Source: Eledone cirrhosa (Eukaryota). From it: a DNA stretch of 64,000 nt. Numbering within the stretch: position 1 is the stretch's first letter; each line of letters starts with the position of its first letter. Under the pieces are notes generated by a model. That model saw only the letters and a program-made list of their open reading frames with translations. It did no database searches and was not told where the DNA came from. Below, piece after piece: positions 1-64,000 of the stretch. The stretch covers positions 54,250,001 to 54,314,000 of the forward strand of contig OZ024744.1 in the NCBI GenBank assembly GCA_964016885.1. Reading direction: 5' to 3'. A program made the translations under genes and the position numbers.

Positions 1-220
1 CAATATCACATGTGTGTGTATATGACAGGTAGAAAGTGTTTGTATATGTATAAACATCTCTCTCTCTCTCTCTCTCTTCATATGCATATAAATATGTACA
101 CACACAACACACACATATATATATATATGTGTATATGTGTGTGTGTGGTGTATGTGTGTGTGTGTGCACACTCACACCAACCACCATTACTTATTACATG
201 ATGTTCAAATTATAACTTAC

Positions 221-56755
<56,535 letters not shown>

Positions 56756-57123
56756 CTAGAATATATAAATAACATCATAGTAAACTTACATGTATATATA
56801 CAAATAACATTACAAATACAGGAAACAGTTCTTAAATATTATCATCTCTGATATATACGTATATACACCAGGTCCAAACACATATGGACCAAACTCCCTC
56901 TGTCCCTGGCATATATATATATTTCATCATCATCATCATCATCATCATTTTACGTCCGCTTTTCCCTGCTTGCAAGGGTGGGACGGGAACTGATTCTGGC
57001 TTGATTTCTAAAGCTGGATCCCCTTCGTAACACCAACCTCATTTACAGTGAGTGCTGGGTGCTTTTTTTCCGTGACACCTACACCACCACTTTGCAGTGG
57101 AATGATAGCGACCCCTCCCTATC

Positions 57124-57265
57124 ATCTCATTTCTACAGCTGAGTAAACTGGATCAATGTGAAATAAAGTGTCTTGCTCAAGGAAACAACACATCACCCCG
57201 TCTGATAATTGAACTCACAACCTTTCGATTGCAAGGCCAATGCTCTAACCACTAAGCCATAGCCA
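57124..57265 (-). mobile_element. tRNA-derived SINE 5' part (second family)
   Basis: Minus strand TGGCTTAGTGGTTAG (A box), GTGAGTTCAATT (B-box-like), then ccttgagcaagacactttatttcac core. Confidence 0.75.
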
Positions 57266-57273
57266 TATGCCTC

Positions 57274-57551
<278 letters not shown>

Positions 57552-57600
57552 TTATGAAAATAAAACAAAGAAGCCTTCAACACATCAAAAGTCTTTACTA

Positions 57601-57640
57601 GGCAACAATGTTTCGTCCTATTAAGGACTCATCAGGGCAA
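57601..57640 (-). ncRNA. Minimal hammerhead in the inverted arm (one stem I mismatch)
   Basis: Reverse complement of the same motif, ending TT-gcc instead of TT-ggc. Confidence 0.6.
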
Positions 57641-58659
57641 TCAAAACCACAAGAAGCACTATCGGCCAATACAAGCCGATAACTCCGAAGAATATGGAGT
57701 GTACATATATTAAAGTATTGGAAGATTATGGGTAAAAATATATAATAAAAATCACTAAGGAGGTGGATAACATTTTGAACCATATTACAAATATAGTCCA
57801 AAGCAAAAAAACTAGAGCTAAACAAAGGTGGTTATATAGAGCGGGAATTATAGTACTATATGTAATACAATATAATATAATATAATATACTTGTAACAAT
57901 ATTAAAATTAACATCAAAATTAAAAGGCAATATACATATGTATATATATACGCACACGTACGCACATATACATCAATACCCTATCCATCATTAACAGCAC
58001 AAATTAAACCTTATTAAGAGTTTAAATATAAATAAGCATAATAGGAATAAAAATTAAAATAATACGTATATCTAACATACAGTATAACATGAAGTAATTA
58101 AATGATTAAAAGTAACACATATAATATATAATAATATAATATATAATAAACTATATAATTATATAATATATAATATAATATAATAGATAATCTGCGGTTA
58201 ATTTACACAAACAATATAGATGTTACAATAACACTATAATAATAATATAATAATATATAATGGCATGTAAGTTAAAAAATCAATTCATATAGAGTTACAG
58301 AGTAGGTGAGAAAAAAAATATAAATTGTACAATACCCAAAATTATGATGGTACAAAAATATAAACATCTTACATGATATATAAAATTTAACATATCATAA
58401 TGATACGTAAAATCATCGGTAAGTAATAAGGATCAATAGTACATTTACAAAGTGTTGAATAACAACTTCAATATAAAATAATCATTTAGCTAGCACTAAC
58501 AATAGGAAAATTAGGGATGGATACTCCTCTCTATATACTACTAGTCTGAACAGATCTGCAAATGCCTTACCACCAGAGCAGACCTTATCTAATAGTAATC
58601 CTACGTGTAATGCATCACTACTTCAGCCAATCAATAGCACCCAGAAGTGTAACTGTAGA

Positions 58660-59082
58660 GTGAGTGCTAACTGCCTCTCTAAGAACATCGTTTATGCTTG
58701 CGTAGTTATAACTAATTCCTCTAATAGAACTTATATAGGCTCTACATCTAACACTTGTAAGACTAGGTTTAATTCTCATATCTCTAATTTCAAACATGTT
58801 AAGTTTAAGAATTCTACTTCTTTAGCACACTATATCTGGGATCTTAAGGGGGCTAATATACCATATAGCCTTAATTGGCGTTTAGTAGCACGCTCTAATA
58901 ACCTTTCTACACATACTAAATTTTGTAATCTCTGTATCCTCGAGACACACTCTATAATTTTCTCTAGTGAATCCTTACTTAATAGAAAGTCTGAGATATT
59001 CTCTTCTTGCCCCCACGCTATTTCTAATTCTTACTTTTATTTTAAACCTAAAGGTTCTAGTAGTGTAAATTGTATCCATTAG
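58660..59082 (+). pseudogene. GIY-YIG endonuclease fragment of Penelope-like element
   Basis: IVYAC...TYIGST...KTRFNSH...CNLCILE...LLNRKSE...CPH; lacks the PLNGHC segment present in copy 2. Confidence 0.88.
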
Positions 59083-60774
59083 CTGATATATTCCATTACT
59101 TATTTTTTTAGTTTAGGTTCTTTTTGTTTACCACCATTATTATCATCATTATTATCATTGGTTTTTGACAACTTTTTATTCTAGCTCTCATAATCTTTTG
59201 GCTACTATACCATATCTATCTTCTTACACATTAAATTTTCACTATTAACACCTTATGAGTATATCTGATTATATATTTTATATTATTTTATTTCATTTTA
59301 TTTTATTTTATTTGGATTCTTCTTTGGTAACCCCCCCCCCCATGCACACATAAACTTATTGCTAACCCCTTCAAATATATTATGATTATATTTAATCCCC
59401 CCCTTTTTATTCTCCTTTCTATTATATAATACAGTATATTGATTATGATTTTATGCTCCTTTGTATCCTTCATACATTTTTTTTTTCTGTCCCTATTAGC
59501 CTCCCATAATTCTGCTTAAGTCAGTTTTTTAGATATCGTTATGTAAATGATAGTAGAATATTTCATTCCTTTCTATATATATTTATAGTGAAATATTAAT
59601 GTTTAGGGACTTTGATTACTTAAACCATAGATAATATTGTATTGCCTTATTAGGTATTTTAAATATTTTCAATATTAATTTATCAAATAGGGTTTTCTAG
59701 TCATTTATCCGGGTTGTTTCCTAAGTTTTTACTTAACTGCATGTGAGACCTAAGTAAATACTTTTGTTTTTGTTTTTTGATTTCCGGTCGATTTTATTTA
59801 TTTATTTATTAATACTACTGTGCATAGTATTTTCTGTCTGGCCCTTATTCACTCATTCACATATGTGTCTGTTTACCAACCTTGTAATTATAAGTAATTA
59901 TATATTATATTATGTTCATTATTTTATATTGAAGTTGTTATTCAACTCTTTGTAAATGTACTATTGATCCTTATTACTTACCGATGATTTTACGTACCAT
60001 TATGATATGTTAAATTTTATATATCATGTAAAATGTTTATATTTTTGTACCATATAATTTTTGGTGTTGTACAATTTATATTTTTTTTCTCACCTACTCT
60101 GTAACTCTATATGAATTGATTTTTTAACTTACATGCCATTATATATTATATATTATTATATTATTATTATAGTGTTATTGTGACATCTATATTGTTTGTG
60201 TAAATTAACCGGAGATTATCTATTATATTATATTATGTATTATATAATTATATAGTTTATTATATATTATATTATTATATATTATATGTGTTACTTTTAA
60301 TCATTTCATTACTTCATGTTATACTGTATATTAGATATACGTATTATTTTTATTTTTATTCCTATTATGCTTATTTATATTTAAACTCTTAATAAGGTTT
60401 AATTTGTGCTGTTAATGATGGAAATGTGTATTGATGTATATGTATATGTGCGTACGTGTGCGTATATATATACATATGTATATTGTGCCTTTTAATTTTA
60501 ATTTTAATTTTAATATTGTTACAAGTATATTATATTATATTATATTGTATTACATATAGTACTATAATTCCCGCTCTATATAACCACCTTTGTTTAGCTC
60601 TAGTTTTTTTGCTTTGGACTATATTTGTAATATGGTTCAAAATGTTATCCACCTCCTTAGTGATTTTTATTATATATTTTTACCCATAATCTTCCAATAC
60701 TTTAGTGTATGTACACTCCATATTCTTCGGAGCTTTCGGCTTGTATTGGCCGATAGTGCTTCTTGTGGTTTTGA

Positions 60775-60816
60775 TTGCCCTGATGAGTCCTTAATAGGAC
60801 GAAACATTGTTGGCTA
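60775..60816 (+). ncRNA. Minimal hammerhead ribozyme in pseudo-LTR
   Basis: gcc-CTGATGA-gtcc(ttaata)ggac-GAAA-ca(t)tg-TT-ggc. Confidence 0.8.
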
Positions 60817-60988
60817 ATAAAGACTTTTGATGTATTGAAGGCTTCTTTGTTTTATTTTCATAATTCTTCGGCTCTGTTTAATTACATTGAGCTATATCTT
60901 TTACTGTCATTTCTATAATATGAAGAGGGTGTTTAACTCCAACACGCTCCAGTATTTTAATCCTATATATAAATAAATATATATATAT

Positions 60989-61861
60989 GTTGTTTCAACT
61001 AGTCCTCGTAGTAACCCTGATTCTATTAGTGGGATACTGGATAACGGTAGAGTTGGTAAGGATAGAAATAGGAGGAGACTCAATACTTATTTTAACCCGC
61101 CTTATGATCATGAAGTATTAACTAACATCCCTAGGTCTTTCTTTTCTATCTTAGAGAAAAATTTCCCTCCTTCTAATAAATACCATGGTATTTTTAATAA
61201 AAATGTAATTAAACTATCATTCTCTACCACCCCTAATATTAGTTCTCATTTAGCTAGCACTAACAATAGGAAAATTAAGGACAGCTACTCCTCTTTGCGT
61301 ACTAGTCTTGAAGGATCCATTAATGCCTTACCACCTGAGCAGACCTTATCTTATAATAACCCTAGGAGTGATGCATCACTCATTCAGCCAGTCAATAGCA
61401 CCCGGAAGTATAACTGTAGAGTAAGTATTAACTGCCCTTTAAATGGTCACTGCCTCTCTAGGAACATTGTTTATGCTTGTGAAGTTAAGACTAATTCTTC
61501 TAATAACACATATATAGGCTCCACATCTAATACTTTTAAAACTAGGTTTAATTCTCATATCTCTAATTTTAAGCATGTTAAGTTTAAGAATTCTACTTCT
61601 TTAGCACACCATATCTGGGATCTTGAAGGGGCTGGTATGCCATATAGCCTTAATTGGCGTATAGTAGCACGCTCTAATAACCTATCAACACACACTAAAT
61701 TCTGTAATCTCTGTATCCTAGAGACCCATTCTATAATTTTCTCTAGGGAAGTTTTGCTTAATAGAAAGTCTGAGATATTTTCTTCCTGCCCCCATGCCAT
61801 TTCTAATTCTTTCTTCTATTATAGACCTAAAAGTTCTGGTAGTTTAAATCGTATCCATTAG
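60989..61861 (+). pseudogene. Open frame of ~290 codons (no ATG): post-RT region, Cys linker and GIY-YIG endonuclease
   Basis: Frame stays open upstream of ORF 61295: RNRRRLNTYFNPPYDHEVLTNIPRSFFSILEKNFPPSNKYHGIFNKNVIKLSFSTTPN...NCRVSINCPLNGHCL...IVYAC...YIGST. Confidence 0.88.
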
Positions 61862-63347
61862 CTTCTATATTTCCTTATCTTTTTTTTTGTTTAGGTTTAT
61901 TTTGATTACTATCATCATTATTATTATTAGATTTTACAGCTTTTCGATTTTATTTTCTATAGTCTTTTGGCTACCATACCCTATCTATCTTCTTAAGCAT
62001 TATTATAGTTTCACTACTAACACCTTATGAGTTTATATCTTATTAAATACTTTGTTTGGAGTCTCATTCAACTAGTGAACCTCCTCCTCTACACACTTAA
62101 TATCCGCCCCTTCTATTATACTATATATAAATTTCACCTTTATGCTCCTTTTTATGATATTATATAATATATTGATTTTACTTTTATGCTCCTTCCTATC
62201 CTCCATAACCTCTCCTCTTTCTGTTCCCATTGGTCTACCATAGTTCTATTTAGAGTCCTTTTATTTGATAACGTTATTCGACTGAACGAAGCATATTTTG
62301 CTCTATTCTTGATAATTTTATTGAGATATCTTAAACTTATACGGTTTTGATGACTTAAACACTAGCCAATTTTGAAGTGACTAAATATGTATTTTAAATA
62401 CTTTTAATATTAATTAATTTAAAAAGGTTTTCTAGTCAACTCTGGTCTACATTTCTATCTTTTTTCTTTTACTTAACCGCTTGTGACACCTAAGTAAATA
62501 TACTTGTTTTTGTTTTTCGATCTTCGGTTTATTTTATTTATTTTTTTACTACCACACGCTGTTTGTCTGACCATGTAATTTTATTAATATATGTCTGTAT
62601 GTCAACCACGTAAATATATTTTGTAATACTTTGTGATATTTTGGTAATATTTATGCCAATGTAAAATGACTTGACCTCCGTGTATTTGTTACAATGGTAT
62701 AGATATTTTTTCAACACAATTTAGTTCTTTATGATTTTTTCTTACCCTGTGTAAAACTTTATACTATTTGTTAACTTTGAATTATATGTATGATGTAATT
62801 TTGTATATCTTTTGATGCCAATATATTATAATATTGTTATTATAATGTTATTATAATGTTTCTATATTGTTTATGCACACTGACAGGGAATTATATATTA
62901 TATTTTATTTTTATTTTTATCTTTATTCTTATTTTTATCTTTATTATTATATTATACTGTAAACAATATATATATATATATATTTAAATACTTAATAAGT
63001 GTTAGTTTGTATTTGTACTAATGTGTATATGTATAGATATATATATATATATAGACATACATTAAGCTTTTTATTATCACCATCGATTATATTATATTAT
63101 ATTCTATATCGTACTGTAATTCTCGCATTATATTACCATTTGTGTTTCAAGTTTTTGCATTATGCAATGTGGGTTCAACATGTTAATCACTTCCTTGCTA
63201 TTTGGTCCATATCTATGTTTGTAACTGCTCACTCTTGATCTTAGCCAACTTTTCCTTGATATCTTTCCTAAGCTTTAATAGATGTATACTCCATATTCTT
63301 CTCAGTTTTTGGCTTGTATTGGCCGATAGTGCTTCTTGTAGCTTTAC

Positions 63348-63389
63348 TTGCCCTGATGAGTCCTTAATAGGACGAAACATTGTTGGCTA
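63348..63389 (+). ncRNA. Minimal hammerhead ribozyme in pseudo-LTR
   Basis: Core identical to 60775-60816. Confidence 0.8.
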
Positions 63390-63538
63390 TTAAAGTCTTT
63401 TGATGTATTGAAGGCTTCTTTGGTTTATTTTTTATAATTCTTCGGCTCTGTTTAATTACATTGAGCTATATCTTATACTGTCATTTCTATAATATGAAGA
63501 GGGTGTTTAACTCCAACACACTCCAGTATTTTAATTCT

Positions 63539-63574
<36 letters not shown>

Positions 63575-64000
63575 ATCAAAAGATGGTTAAAAGAGTTCCA
63601 TGTAATTTATTATGCGCATTTCAAAAACAAATATCATCATGCAATAACATTTGTGTTTTCATCAGATAAAATAGGAAGACATGATATGAAGGTTAAAAAC
63701 ACTTGTGGATAGTGCAGTTTTAAATCAACATATGAAAAGTAGTTTTAGATTGATGTGTGATATTGGGGAAAAAAATGTTTGAGAGGGGGGGGGAGGAATG
63801 AGGAGGAGATGAGAGTAAAAAGTGGAGGGGGAGGAGTATAATGAGGAAGGATGAGATAGGAGGAGAGATGGGTGATAGAGAGAGAGAGATAGCTTTTATA
63901 ACTGAGAAAAATATATTGTTTTACATAGAGAGGTTGAAACACCGTTGGAAGATAATGTATAAATTAAAAGAATTTGAAAATTAACGAAGAGAAAAATAAT

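Larger units (their letters stand above)
57552..60962 (+). mobile_element. 5'-truncated Penelope-like element, copy 1, with upstream inverted pseudo-LTR (57552-58482 = reverse complement of 59918-60864)
   Basis: GIY-YIG ORF remnant, long AT-rich 3' region ending in a hammerhead-bearing terminus, ~930 bp inverted arms. Confidence 0.88.
60989..63538 (+). mobile_element. 5'-truncated Penelope-like element, copy 2 (direct tandem)
   Basis: Homologous to copy 1; both end gaagagggtgtttaactccaacac.ctccagtattttaat before (TA)n. Confidence 0.88.

Noticed and set aside
57190-57265. tRNA gene
   Set aside because: A and B boxes are present but there is no full cloverleaf, and it continues into a SINE core.
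63745-63942. Minus-strand low-complexity ORF as first exon of the repeat gene
   Set aside because: Derived from a purine-rich simple sequence; no convincing ATG, signal peptide or phase-1 donor.

Overview
AT-rich animal genomic DNA with (TA)n/(CAT)n microsatellites. The SINE/RTE repertoire resembles octopus/cephalopod repeats, but that assignment is inference. Positions ~200-56,900 look like a 1.8-2.5 kb tandem macrosatellite, but on the minus strand they are the internal part of one intron-rich protein-coding gene that the ORF track misses. I count 77 micro-exons in three classes: 24 'P' (60 nt), 24 'C' (66 nt, one 63 nt) and 29 'R' (60 nt). All have GT donors, 76 have AG acceptors, all are symmetric phase 1-1, and none has an in-frame stop. 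Together they encode ~1,590 aa of a 62-aa S/T/P/K/E-rich repeat (DHITVSPPSAARKPETTQK-S-VTPVEIFVSESGTHIRGGSKE-S-DHITVSPRIASIENKSTEK-C/G). Neither the start nor the stop codon was found in the window. The introns carry RTE LINE fragments, a tRNA-derived SINE, a Tc1/mariner remnant and fold-back Penelope-like remnants with hammerhead ribozymes. 57.5-63.5 kb is a tandem/inverted Penelope-like (GIY-YIG) element with three minimal hammerheads. All counts and coordinates were read by eye.
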